DNA from: Phoronis australis
Lineage: Eukaryota; Animalia; Phoronida
Direction: 5' to 3'
Assembly: GCA_002633005.1 (NCBI GenBank)
Contig: NMRA01000330.1
Span: 434,001 to 498,000, forward strand
Length of the DNA stretch: 64,000 nucleotides
Part shown: positions 40,252-53,700 of the stretch, in pieces
Layout of the letters: every line of letters starts with the position of its first letter
Position numbering within the stretch: position 1 is the first letter of the stretch
The notes under the pieces: model-generated
Databases searched by the model: none
Seen by the model: the letters and a program-made list of their open reading frames with translations, nothing else
What the model was told of the DNA's origin: nothing
Made by a program: the position numbers and the translations under genes

Positions 40252-40539
40252 CATGCGCGCACCCCGCCTAAAAATGGGGGGAGCTGGGGCTCGATTTTTT
40301 TAGCACGTAGATCTCGCTAAAAATAAAAAAAGAAATCAGTGAAATAAAAACAGGGTACGTGCAGAGCTATTAATTGTGCATTCATCGAATTTTGGTAGTT
40401 CCTGCCTTTTTAGGGGACTTTTGTCTCGTTTTCAGAGTCTACCTTTTTACTAACTTTCTGTTTCTCTGAGGAGGACCTTTTTGCCCACTTCGCCAAATAG
40501 GGGGCTGCTTCGAGCCCCCTCCCCCTCGGTGTGCACATG
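40252..40539. mobile_element. MITE with CATG termini and a 5-bp target-site duplication
   Basis: TIRs catgcgcgcacc / ggtgtgcacatg; ATCTT on both sides (40247-51 and 40540-44). Confidence 0.75.
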
Positions 40540-40967
40540 ATCTTGTAGTCAAGAAAAAGTTCTATAGGAATGACAGCTTCCGTACCTGGGTCAACTCATT
40601 GGGTAAAGTTTCGATGACTGCTGAGGTCTAGACTTTTAAGAGACGTTCGCATTTTGATTTCTCTGTATTCGCTCAACATACGACGTTTAAACCGGATTGG
40701 GAAAGCTCCAGAGTATTCTTAAACACCATGAAGCTCTGCATGTACTGAAGGACGGGTAGTGACGTTTTCATCATCATGAGGCCAAATTTCCAAACCCTCA
40801 CTGATGTGAAAACTGTGTTTTAAGAGTTTCTCAAGCAAAATTACAGAAATATGAACGCAATTTATTCACGCTATAACTGATTGAACATTATTAAATAATA
40901 CCGTTACAGGAGAGATTCTGTCTGTTAGCACTAAATCATGATGCGCGAGGTCGGTGCAAGCCGGAGC

Positions 40968-41075
40968 GTGAACATCCACAGACAGCCCTCATCTACTTAC
41001 GTGTGAACATCCATAGACAGTCCTAAGCTACTTACGTGTGAACATCCATAGACAGCCCTAAGCTACTTACGTCGT
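40968..41075. repeat. 35-bp tandem repeat, 3 copies, each containing a minus-strand GTAAGT donor
   Basis: Unit gtgaacatccatagacagccctaagctacttacgt. Confidence 0.85.
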
Positions 41076-44000
41076 AACATCATCCTGAATATAATTAGAG
41101 AAGGAACGTAAACTCCGGCTAATATGAAGGCCAGGACTTGCACTTGAATATTGTATTGTTTCTTAGCAGTAAATGCTGACTCCGTTGCAGTCGCTTCTCT
41201 CCGTTGTCGCACATTTATTTCTGCAAAAGAAAAGAACTACTGAACAGGCCTGCTAAACACCATTTTTACCGTACATGATTAGCCGTCAATCTTAAATTCT
41301 TAACCAACCACGGTCGACCGTTCTCAAATTATTGTCAAATCAGCAGGCAACTTCAGTCAAGTCACAGGGGCAATGCGTACACGTGCGCACTTTTTGAATT
41401 GGCAATTTTAGGGTTTACCAAAATCAAGAAACTCTTGGGGGTACACAATAGTTGAAGCAGCGTAAACCGAAAATCAACGTCATTCGTCATCATCGCAGTA
41501 GCCGGGAACACAAGTGTAAAATTGCACAATGATCCTTTGGCAGAGAGAACTGGAAGACAATCGAAATGGCCCCCGCACCGAATTCGTTGAACCTGTTCGA
41601 AAGTGGGAATATAATAGTATATCGTGGTCTCCTTCATTAAAATCCTTAGATTTGATGAATTCCAAATGACCAACTATAGACTGAGACATATGCAAAGAAA
41701 ACCTGAATTACCACACGGAAGTTGCCACATTTGTTCGATCTGTCCGAAAGTCAATATTAGTCGTTCATAATGACCCTGCAAGCGGTTTGATAGATGTGGC
41801 GAACGCCAAAAAGCAGACGTGAAAACAAATTTAAAATGTCTGTTAGTGGTGCAGATCGTCTGAAACTGGGAAGGCGTCAATACCTATTTACAAAGTTGCA
41901 CATTACCAGCAATATTGAAACCGTGAACTGCGCATGCGCGAAAATCACTCAGTTAGCCCCCTTCAGGATACATGTGATTCGCAGAAAAACACGGCGTGAG
42001 GGTCTTATTTATGAATCAATCACATTTGCCGATAGCAAATATTATAGATATGTATTTTGTTAAAAACGTGGCCAAGTTTCAGCAAAATTAGAAAAAAAAT
42101 TATGTTTAACATGGTATGGCCAACGTTTTGGCTTATTTTGTCGCTTCGAGGAATCGCCGCTAAAAACCAAAAAGTGCATGTGAGAAAACGATAATTTTCG
42201 ATCAAGCCTTTCATGTGCAGTTAGTTGCCGATAGACCCAACAGATGTCAGTATAATCAAGATTGAAATGTAGGAGTTTGAAGAAAATTAGACAAAATTTT
42301 GTATTAAACATGGGGTGGCCGAAAATTGCCAATTTTGGCCTTTTGATAACAGTTTATCATCATAGACTATTTTATCATTAGTGGGTCTAGTTAATTCGAA
42401 GTTTTTGGTTAAATCACTTATAATATTCACACTAGTATACTAATAAAAATTTTCTCTATATATTACAGTTTGATTCCAAAGTTCTAAGTAGTGCGTACAA
42501 CAGGGAGTGGCCCTTGACCGGCCCGGCCCATAGTATGGGAGCTAAAATTCAGCTCTAAACCAAAGTAGCTATGTCAGTGAGGAAAACTCACCTGAGGTGT
42601 TTACGATCCACTTCAGAAAAAAAAACCTCGTTGTACCAAACAATAATTTGTTTCCGAGTACTTCGGGCATGGTTTAAAATTGAAAAGGGTCATTACAAGT
42701 TGAATTTATGAGAATTGTATTGTTGCATTGAGAAATGAAAACTAGTCCAATTGAGGTAGGTGCGAGATAAGGCAACGAGTAAGGACAGCTTTGATTTGCT
42801 TGCGAGTGGTGACTCATGATATTGGCCAGACATCTGTATTGATATGTTTTGTCTTTCCTTTTTACGGAATATATTTGAACTTTGGTAATTTTGGGCTACA
42901 AAATGTAGAACAACCTTCCTGGTGTTTCTCTCCACTAGTAGACACGCGGAGAGTGAAGCGCTTTCTGGTCCATAAGCGATGACCTAGTTTACGCAGAGAA
43001 CCTGGCGGATGATCTAGTTTACGAATCATGATTGCTGGTAATGACGAAATCATTTCAAGGAGTACAATAGATAAAAAAGTAAAACTACTCGAATTCGTCC
43101 GAAAGTGCGCTCCATCAATTGAAGTACGTTTGCAAAAATTCAAGTGCTTCAAGGTCGAGATACGCACACACATCCATGGGCGCATAAAAATATGTTTCTA
43201 AAAAAGTGATACGGATGGGTGTTTTTTGCTATATAGTAGCGATCCACAGGTTCAAAGATGAGTCGGGCGCAGATACCTGAAAAACGAAATACGAGTTTTC
43301 GGGATATTATACAGTTGAAAAACGCGCAGGCCAACGCCTTTTCAGAAACACGCCGAATCTAAAATTTATTTAGGCCTATACAGAACACTGAGAAGCAGTC
43401 GTGAATACAAAATCCGAAAAGCTTTGGGGTCACTTTGCCATCTCCAATGCATTGCCAAGGGTAAATATCAGACAGTCCCTAATTCGTTTTGTAAAGACGA
43501 ACCAATCAAACACTGTAGAAGTGACGTCATTTCTGAAATATACATGTACGCCTACAACAGACGTTTGTCCGCCATCTCAGGCAACATTCCTTTTCCATAC
43601 GTAATCGACTGAAATATTTTAATTCAGTAAAATCATCACCACATACCTGTTTGGTCGTTACAGTCTGGTGAGGTGCAAGCAAAACAAAGCGACCATAAAC
43701 ACAAGAAAAATAATTCAAAGAACAGGCCACTTGATGAAAATGCATACATTTCGCCTATCCCGTGGATTCGTCAACGCCAGATTACGTCTAGACGCTCCTA
43801 ACACGTGCAAGGCCCACGTGCAGTCAAGGAAACAGTCGAGTCGTGATTTCCAATTTGACTTCAAGACTTCAAGCCAAAAATATAAGCAGCGCGTGCACCG
43901 TTTTGGTGCACTGCGCTAAAACGGTCGTGTGTTGCATTATCACAACTTTTGTAGTAAAACAAGAAGGGTTGCGTTTGTAAAAACAGAATTGTCGGTTAAG

Positions 44001-44099
44001 TTCGATGGAACTGGACCAATACCCTCGGCATTGATCAACCGCAGATTTTACACATATGACTACAACCAGCATCACAAAATGCACACCGTTGTCCAGTAG

Positions 44100-44570
44100 C
44101 TGATGGAAGTGCACTTGGTGGTACAGGTGACAATGGTGGACGTGCACCTGATAGTACTGGTGACAATAATGGTAGATGTGTACCTGATAGTACTGGTGAG
44201 AATGATGGACGTGTACCTGATGGTATTGATGACAATGGAGGACATGTACCCGATGGTACTGGTGACAATGGTGGACGTGAACCTGACGGCGCTGGTGACA
44301 ATGGTGGACGTGAACCTGATGGTTCTGGTGACAATGATGGATGTGTACCTAATGATACTGGTGACAACGATGGATGTGTACCTAATGGTACTGGTGACAA
44401 TGATGGATGTGTACCTAATAGTGCTGGTGACAATGATGGACGTGTACTTGATGGTGCTGGTGTCAATGATGGACGTGTACCTGATGGTACTGGTGACAAT
44501 GATGGACGTGTACTTGATGGTACTGGTGACAATGATGGACGTGTACTTGATGGTACTGGTGACGATGAGT
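44100..44570. repeat. 30-bp minisatellite, ~15 copies
   Basis: Unit tgatggtactggtgacaatgatggacgtgtacc-like, giving 10-aa periodicity in the ORF track. Confidence 0.92.
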
Positions 44571-47500
44571 AAACTGTGACATACAGTACTGTCAATGTTA
44601 CGTAGGACTTAAACAGTCTGTGTATTTCGCCAATTGTCGAGAAAACTACCGATTTTAACTCAGTAAAAGTACGGTGTATTTATTTTCTGAAGGTACATTA
44701 ATTGTATAAATCCTGCAATTTGGTTCTTGGCTTTTTACTAATCTACAATTAATTGTGTCACATGATCATGTCTTTTTAGTAAAAAATAGCAAAAAGGAAA
44801 GTACACCGATAGCAATAACAAATTGAACAAATTTCATTTGATAAAAATTTTCAAGATGAAATCTCAAAAACGCTGTTAGTCTTCTAAATTGGTCATTTTG
44901 CTTTCAGTTTATGCAATGTTTTAGTTTTTCACAGATATTTGATATACCCTTATGCAAAAGTACTGACATATTTTAAAATAATTCCTTATAGCACTTTGGA
45001 GTACAGCGCACAAAACCAAATATCTAAGTTTCGTGTGTGAAAGCGGTAATCCATTTATAAATATATTGCAAAGTTAGTCAAATTTGGACATTTTTAGGGT
45101 CCAACATAAGCTGGACACGACATCAAATAGAAAAGAAAATAATCAAGCTCGGTGAATACAATGTACGGTTCATACGTGTCAACCATTATTTGCTCTATCC
45201 ATAGCAGTTTTTTTAAAAATATAGCACCGACAAAAACCAGTCAAAATATCAAATGTCAAAATACATTACATGTACATGTACCTACTTACCTGTTAGTGGC
45301 TCTTACTGTACATCTATTAACTGTGAGTGTTGTTATTTTGTTATACTACTTGGTAACTCCTTTGGCCCTGTCAAGTAAGGCTCGTGATATGAGATTATTT
45401 GGACAAAAGAGATTGGCAGTAAAAGCCAGGATTGAAAAATTTATTAAGAACATTCGCAAAAATGCATATTAATCATCGAAAATACATTGAGCATCTTGGC
45501 GCTACAAGGTAGCACTATAGAAACGGCAAAAACGTACATAATTCCCTGTATTGGTTGACATGTATGACAATTAGTATTGCATTTCTCCTGAAATACGAAT
45601 TCACAATGAAGTTTCACAGTAGAGCTCAGTTTTCACAGCCAACAGCATCTACTTGTACCCACAAGACATAGTGACAAATGTCCGACTTTTCCCATGATAA
45701 AATTCAATCCCCAAAACAAAACGTGAACTAAAACTCTAAAAACATGCCAAAAGCTTGCAATCAGTGTACAAGTCGTTTCTTTCCATTACATAATGGCATT
45801 TGATAACCAGGATGCCAAGATGAAGTGAGCCAAATGACTGACATAATTTAATTCAAAAGAAATGTAACAAGACAAACATCAGAGTAACAAATAATCTCTA
45901 CAAATTCTATCTCAAGCACTGTAATCATCAAATGTGTTGTGGCATCATACCACTGACTCACCAGAAGTTCTGCTTAACTACCACAGGTGCCATGCACCAA
46001 AGCAAACCATTTTCCATCAAAAAGAACTCTGGCAATCAATCAGCTGTTAAATTGCTTTGGTTTTGCCCCTGGATGTGCCACTGAAAGGGCATTTTCTTCA
46101 TAACTGCATGGCATAGGGGAAACTGGCCAACCAAACGACAGAGATTACAGTTCTTTGCATGGCACAGGTGATATTTGCCAATCACACAATGGAGAATACA
46201 TTTTTTTTTTTGCCTCACAGCCACACTCCAGTTCAATGGATTTTGTAACTTAATTCTTGATTTTGAAAATAATGCTGTGATAAGAACGTCCCAATTAAAT
46301 GATAAAGCATAGTAAACATTGTTCGTTCATAGACACTTTCATATAATTATTTGCAGTTGAGCCATTACGGTATTTTCCAGTTGCTCCCAACTTGCTCGAT
46401 TCTATATCCAAACAACAAGTTGGGAAGACGACCCCTTACATGACTGATTAATTCAATTCTGGCATTTATGGTTGGAGGACCAGCTCTCTTATGTTCGATA
46501 ATTGGTCTCACCTCCAATAAGATGGTATCTAGCCAGACTGGGCTGAGCTGTTAAAAACAAAAGTTAAGTTATAACATTTTCGAACATAAACCAATAGCAT
46601 TTCTGAAATCCTCGTCAAATGGTGATCATGTTTAGTTTTTGAATCGCCAAAATCGCCCAACTACAACCGAAGTTACGATAATCTGTTCTTTCCAAACGTG
46701 CCAATTTGCTCTGAGTTTGACTGTGCATGTCCACAAGTGGTCTTTATAAGCCTGGTAGATAACTGGCCTGCCTGTTGTCATACCAGACAAAAGACTATGC
46801 TCAGCTAGATGTAATCACACGCTCACAACCCTCTATGTCTGGTAAAGTCACTGAACAGGAGAACACCGTCATGCCCTAAGTACAGTTTTCCAATTTCTTG
46901 GCATTGCATGTGCACCACATAATGAAAGCATTAGTTATTTAGACAAATTATCCTGAATATCAGAGTGAGGTAACAATGGAACTTGTGACTTAAGTGCACT
47001 ATTGCTCTAGACAATACTGAAAAAAATTCTTCATCTAAGAATTGTAATACCTGACTGGACCCGGGGCCATGAGCACCAAACTTTATACTCAGTCCTTTAA
47101 ATTAAAAATACTCCAAATGAGTAATTTCTCATGTTTTGGAGACAACCAAAATGTACTCAGCAAAAACTGCTCGAAATCTTGAACAATGCTCAGTTTAGTA
47201 GCACTGATTAATTCTCATGAAAAATCTCCAGAAAAGTCCAAGATTGCTAAGAGGAGAACTTGAAGTACACAGTGCAGTTTATTTGAAGGCTGAAGTTCAC
47301 AACTTGATATCTAGTTATACAATGTGAGTGTGTTTGCAAAAATGGCATTCTGCATGTGAATAAATAAAATTTGAAATTCAAAAGTATACCGCCTGCACTT
47401 TTTCATTCGTAAAATCCAGACAACAGTGATCTTTTTCTGATCATACTTCCTTCAATGTTAAACTTCAAATTCATTGACTAAACAACAGAGGGTGATATGT

Positions 47501-47700
47501 TTCAAAACGCCTTAACTTTGATTTGACCTTGTTTTATGGCATTTAAGACATCCATAAAAACTTGGAACAGTTCTCAAGTCTCAGTATTTCTTGAAGGGAC
47601 TTAACTAAGGATCTGAGCAAAGGTTGGTTGTCACATGCCTAAGCCTTGTTGCCACAAAAGAGACCAGAGCACCCGCACTCTAGTTTCTATCACAATCTTC

Positions 47701-50700
47701 TCATGATGGCTTCAAAGTGGACAGGAGTGACAAATAGTCAGCCAAAAACTGCGCCTCCTTGTCTAACGCCAAGTCCAAGTAATCTTCCTCATTCTGGGCG
47801 ATGTCAGGGAGGAGGGACTCAATGGCTTCCTTCTCCTTCTCACGGTCTTCTTGAGACTTTGAGGGGCCTCCTACAGCAACAACAGGTATTGAGTGATGAA
47901 ACGAATCTAAACTTATAACAAACAACAATCCAATACTGACAGTAAAACTCACTTAAGTCAAATGAAACTGTACAGAGACTTTATTCAAAAACAAAAATTT
48001 AATATCTGAACAGCAGAGTGGACGGATTAGAAGAACTATACGATGTTTTGAGAAACTTTGCCTAAGTGAAAATCCGACTTATGCATGTCCAAGTTTTAGT
48101 GTAATGCAATTTCATAAATCCACACCTATTGTGTCATAAGACCAGTCAGTCAGTTTCTCATCTTACATAGATTTTTAGTGATGATGAGTCTAGCACTATG
48201 ACACAAGATGGACTCAGGAAATACGAATAACAAGAGCAGTCACATCAAATTGTCAATAATTTTGAAAGTTTTTGAGATTTTCCCATGTAGGTAACTGTGT
48301 GTTCCAATTAAATGGTGTCCGCCCTTTGTGTACTCCAGGAAGAGTTGAGAATGATTAAAATTGACGAGTTCCATAGCCAGGTCAGGATGTGTTCTGCAAT
48401 TTAAAGTTCACTGTATTCTTTGGGGATATTAGCTCACTCTGACTACGTCAGACAAGTTAACACAAGTCAGGTCATCCCACTGTGGTCCTCCAGTTGATCC
48501 CTTTCCAACTATGTGCCTTGATTGCAATCAGAATATTTGAGCATTTTCAGAACGTATGGGTTAAACACAACTGCCCGGGAATACTCACAATAGGATTGGC
48601 TTGCGAAATTAACTCAAAAGGGTGTTGTTTCAGGAACAAAAACTCTACTATAAGGTGATGTTATAATAGAAGCTCTCCACAAAAGGGTCAGTCCCTACTT
48701 TGAGTCCACACTAAATGGGTGGGTATCCTAGTTTTCCAGCTACACCTCCCGTTAAAATACAGTTCATAGTTTTCCCCAGAGTCAATAGCCACCTTTTCCA
48801 ACAGAAGACGTGCTCGCATTCTGTGTGTCTGCAGAAGTGCCACCTAGTGACGATCGTTGAGCCAGCAGGATATCTATAGCTTTTTGCACATTGCCGTTAG
48901 TTTCTTGTAATGTGCAACGGACATTTTCATAGTCGAAACCAAGGCATGCAACCTACAGAAGAAATCCAACATAACGACAGTATTAAAAAAGTGCAATTAA
49001 TTTCATTTCAACAGAAAATTCTCACGTAAACAACTAAAAGGGTTTTGAGGTGATCGGCTTGGAAGATTGATCTTAAACATGTAATGGACCTACAGTACAA
49101 GCCAAAAGCTTTCAGACAAAATGACCCAGAATTCCCCGTCATGTTAGCTGGGTGGAACCAAATTCATCATGAGAGCTTCTCTCATGAACGATAATGAACA
49201 GGAATGAACAGGGAATTTAGTAAGGTGGCTCAGCGGTTCTGTAATTACAATTTTGCCGCCATAATAGTTATAATAGTTATAATAGTTATAATAGTTAATT
49301 TTTGCTGTTAAGAGAATTAGCTGTCATGACCGAAAAATTTTACTTTGTATGATTACTTTGTACTGTACAACTTTTCAAGTAGTAGCTGATAAAATTTATT
49401 TTTTTTTTCTAAAAGCTACTATGATCCCTCAATAGTATTACCTACAAACAGTATTCAGATATGCATAATAACTGGAACATGAAGCAAGTTTTGTTGGATT
49501 GTAATAGTGTTGGAACGAAATAAACCAGTTTGTATGGAGATGTTCTCATTTGATCACGTTTGTGTAATAGAAAGCGCAGAGTCAGCAAACTAAATACATT
49601 TTAAGCAACGATCACATGGCAGAAAAGAATCCTATGTTGACATCCTAACCAGTCCAGATTGGGCAACACAAAAGGTTTGCGCAACACTAAATCTGCCAGT
49701 TCAAATCAAAGACACTATGCTTTTGTGGTTTATTAAATCACTTAAGGCTGCTGATGTTATCGTTCTCTAGATAATGAAACCATCATAAACTCATTGGGGG
49801 CAACAACAGTGTTTTTAAATTTTCGTTTTGAAAGTTTGTAAATACCATTATATTAACTGTCCTGTGATTAGCTTTTTTGAATTTTGAAAATTGGACAAGA
49901 AATGTCACTTTTTCAAGTCAATGACGAATAAAATTTGAATAAATGAGGAAACTGCATGTTTACTAACAGCTAATTACACTCACATATAACTCTGTAATAG
50001 TATTTTGTTCTTATGCTAAACGTAACGAGTACCACACTATCAAACTGATTACATAAACTCAAACTATGAGGACACAAGTTAACTGTCCCTGACACTGTAA
50101 TACCTGAACAATCTGTAATACCTGAGCAATGAGTTCATCTGTAACTGGTATCAATTCTTCCGCGTCATATAACTCAGGTTTTTCTTGTAATACCTTCAAC
50201 AACAAAATCCTGGTGTAATTACCATAACAATAGTTCCATCATTCATCTTCATTACTTGAAAACAAATAACAGCTTTAATTACAATGTTATATACAGAGAC
50301 CAGACATTTTGTTTCATAACTCAAAACATCCTCAGTGGGAACACTGCAGAACAACCAAACACTAGAAAGACAGTCACAAAATGACCAGAGTTGCATTGTG
50401 GTAGAAGTACTTTAAATTTATTGTTAGTCAGAGAGAGGAAGGCTTTAGAATCAAGGATGTGCAAGGATTTATCACATTAGGTGAAAAAGCATTAAAAGAA
50501 CCCTTGCCAATATGTTTGATTTCCAGGAGCAAATTTTGATCAAAAAATTTAGACTCCACTAACCTGAATTGCTGCTGTGACATCGTTTTCTGACAAACGT
50601 AGCGCCTCTCTAGCGGCCCCTGGTGGGAATCCCATGGAAAGCATAGATTCATAGCTGTCAACATCCAACCTTAAAACAAAAAACCACGACTTAAGTGCAG

Positions 50701-53700
50701 ACACTCAATCACTTTTGATCTCTGGAAAGAATGCTTCACTGCCGAATCTCTATCATATGTATTACCATGCATGGACATATTTAGGCCCAAGTGCCTAAAA
50801 TAATACAAAATTTTTTTACAGAAAAAATAGCCAAGTATTTTGCATAAATGCTTGTGCCGAAGTTCCACTTAAAGGCACATACAAGTATTCCTTGTGTTAT
50901 GTGAATCAGTTTAACTGTTTCATAGTGACGTTTGTCCAATACTAGTACATTCAATTTGTTTAAAGTGCCAATAAACACATGTTCCATCAGAAAAACAACT
51001 AAACCACTTGCCGTTATAAAACTAATCTCAAAATGTATCTCTGACAAACAGAAAAGAACATCAAGACTTCAAAAGAACTGAAAGTACATTATTACTCGAG
51101 GCCAGACTCAACAAGTTGGCTCGTCACGCGGTGTCATTTTGAGCGTCGAGAATGGTCGCAAGGAGTAATGAACTGTCAGTTCTTTCCAACTCAGTAATCA
51201 CTTCTCACCTGAGCAAGGAACATGATAAGAACAGTTCTATAGCAGTTACCTTGCTTTTGGACGGAATGCGAGAGTACAGCCATGTTAACATTACTCGAAT
51301 ACATGTCCATGTCAACTGCTACATGTATGCAACAGGGAAGTCAAACTTAAATCGCAATTTATTTTAAGCAAATGTGCTCCTTGGTTTTGCAAGTGTGTCG
51401 CACGCAGGTGTATGCGCCTCATTCAAGATATAGGCACAGGAGCATGGTTATAAATACATCGACATAAGCATGGCAAGTTGTGAGTAGCAGAATCAATACA
51501 TGATTGTTCAATACAAACTGAACCTTGCAGAGGCCATATCAACACTGAAACTAAACAAGCATCATAATATGCTGTAATTAGAACTTACCACATCCCTTTG
51601 TTAGTTTTCCCCAGATCTTTGCCTCTTTTCCGTTTCTCCTTGTCATCCCGTTCCTTCAGACGTTGTTCTTTCTTTTCCTAAAAAATTCATAATTGGCCTT
51701 AAGTTATCATAGCCTAGCTTGAGTGGAAACGCACACAAATAAGTTTCCTATGATCAGTTTCGAACATTACTCCAATGCCGTACATTGCCAATTGCAACGA
51801 ATGATTCGGCTTACAGAATACTTCCAACTACGTCAAAGCAAGACTCCTTATACGGTGTTCTATTCATTACAACTACTTTCAGCATTACATTCTGAGTTGC
51901 TGTGGTGTCCCAATATGGCACAAAGAGGTCACATGAGGTTAACCTGATTAAATTGTTTATAATATATAACAGACAAAACTACACTTACAGCCCATATGCT
52001 CAGAGAAAAAAAATTAGCTGTGAAGTCTGGAATTTTAGTTCTCACCTATATGCAAAGTGTTTGAGGATGGGATGAATTTGCTTCAAGCATAACTCAGACA
52101 ATCCTTTCATACTCAAGTACACACACAATATCACGTTCAAATGTGGAATTTTTATAAGACAGCAGATAGGACGTGTCATCAGAAGGCACATCAGACATTT
52201 GAAAGGAATGTCTACAAAAGCATCCTCCCTGCCGTCTGATGAGTAATTGGGATTTTATGCCAAGTAATCTTGACTGGCAAATCACGCACAATCATCATAA
52301 GTAGGTAGAATCTAACCACCCATCACGTCGCTGGAATGTATGTTTCTCACGGTAAGACGGATAATCGGACATCTGATTTGGGGTGAAGATGATAAGAAAG
52401 CAGAACAGATGTCTAATGAGTGCTCACATGTGAACGTTTTCAAACAGCGGATCTGATGTCCAATTGACCTTCTGATTGACCTTCTGATTGGATGGAAAGT
52501 AAACAGTGTATAATGAACTGTGAAATTTCACACATAGACGTCAAGACAGTTCCAGAACAGACTCTGTCAAACATTGGTTGAAGCAAATGTGAAATTTCAC
52601 ACACAGACGTCAAGACAGCTCCAGAACAGACTCTGTCAAACATTGGTTGAAGCAAATGTGAAATTTCACACACAGACGTCAAGACAGCTCCAGAACAGAC
52701 TCTGTCAAACATTGGTTGAAGCAAATGTGAAATTTCACACAGCAACCCACTGTGGCGAGCGTCTGCAGAGAGATCATTGTGTGAAGCTTGATATATAGCA
52801 ATTCACACAATGATGTCACAGCAGATACTCAACACAGGAAGATACCCTATGCCCCCATGTTTAAAGGGGTAGTGACCTGGAGTAGTGAATCCGGGGGTCA
52901 CCCATATTGACTAGGTGCCCGCAGGCATGCACCATAAGTTTTGAGGGACCAGCGCGGGATCCAATAGGCCCCTAAATTTCAATTTCGTCCCCGCAAAAGG
53001 CCCACTGCAATGACCTCAGTCCTGCAAAAGGTGCACTGGCCATATTCCTACCTGAATAGGCATCACTAATAACAACTCTTGATTCCTGTTTTAATATAGA
53101 CCTGGCTCTCGCAATAGGGGGTCTCTTGCTAATTTTTGGTACACACCTGCGGGCACCTTGTCGATATGAGTGAACCCCCCAGGGAAGTGATAAGCGAAGC
53201 TGGCAGAAAAGACTGTCAAGAAAAAGACAACACAGACACTAATGTCCAACAGCTTATGAATGGACAACAAATACCATGATTATCAAAGTTAACTCTGGTA
53301 AGTGTCAAGCACGTTGCATAATGGCTTGACTGAAAAACATCAGACAAAGATGGAAGCTTCATGGTCTCAAAGACTCAGTAATGTCAGCTTATTACAAAAG
53401 CTTTCACAAACCTCCTGTTTTCTCATGATATGTTGTACAGCCGCATCTACGTTGCCATCACAGGCGCGCAGTCCCAGTCTAGCCTCTTGGTGTGTGAAAC
53501 CCATGGCCATCACTGTACGGGAGGTGAAGTTTGTCATTAATTGTCATAGCAACATGGCATTAGAATAATGACTGAGCTAATACGTCACCGACAACCTCTC
53601 TTGCAGCCCAGAAGTGAATCAATTTCAAAAATTAACCATCAAAGTCGTAACCCACTAAATACTTGACCTAAACTTGACAAAGTATACAATACAGGACTAC

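Larger units (their letters stand above)
38391..43276 (-). pseudogene. Probable decayed multi-exon leucine-rich-repeat gene
   Basis: AG/GT-bounded segments at about 43276-42592, 41220-41071, 40800-40586, 40093-39639 and 38539-38391. Fragments read CAHGCVC (LRRNT-like), TSLKSLDLSS then, after a frameshift, IETLPNELTQ (LRR consensus), CDGPHGLWG (LRRCT-like), and a clean acidic terminal exon. Several segments carry stops or frameshifts. Family inferred by eye only. Confidence 0.4.
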
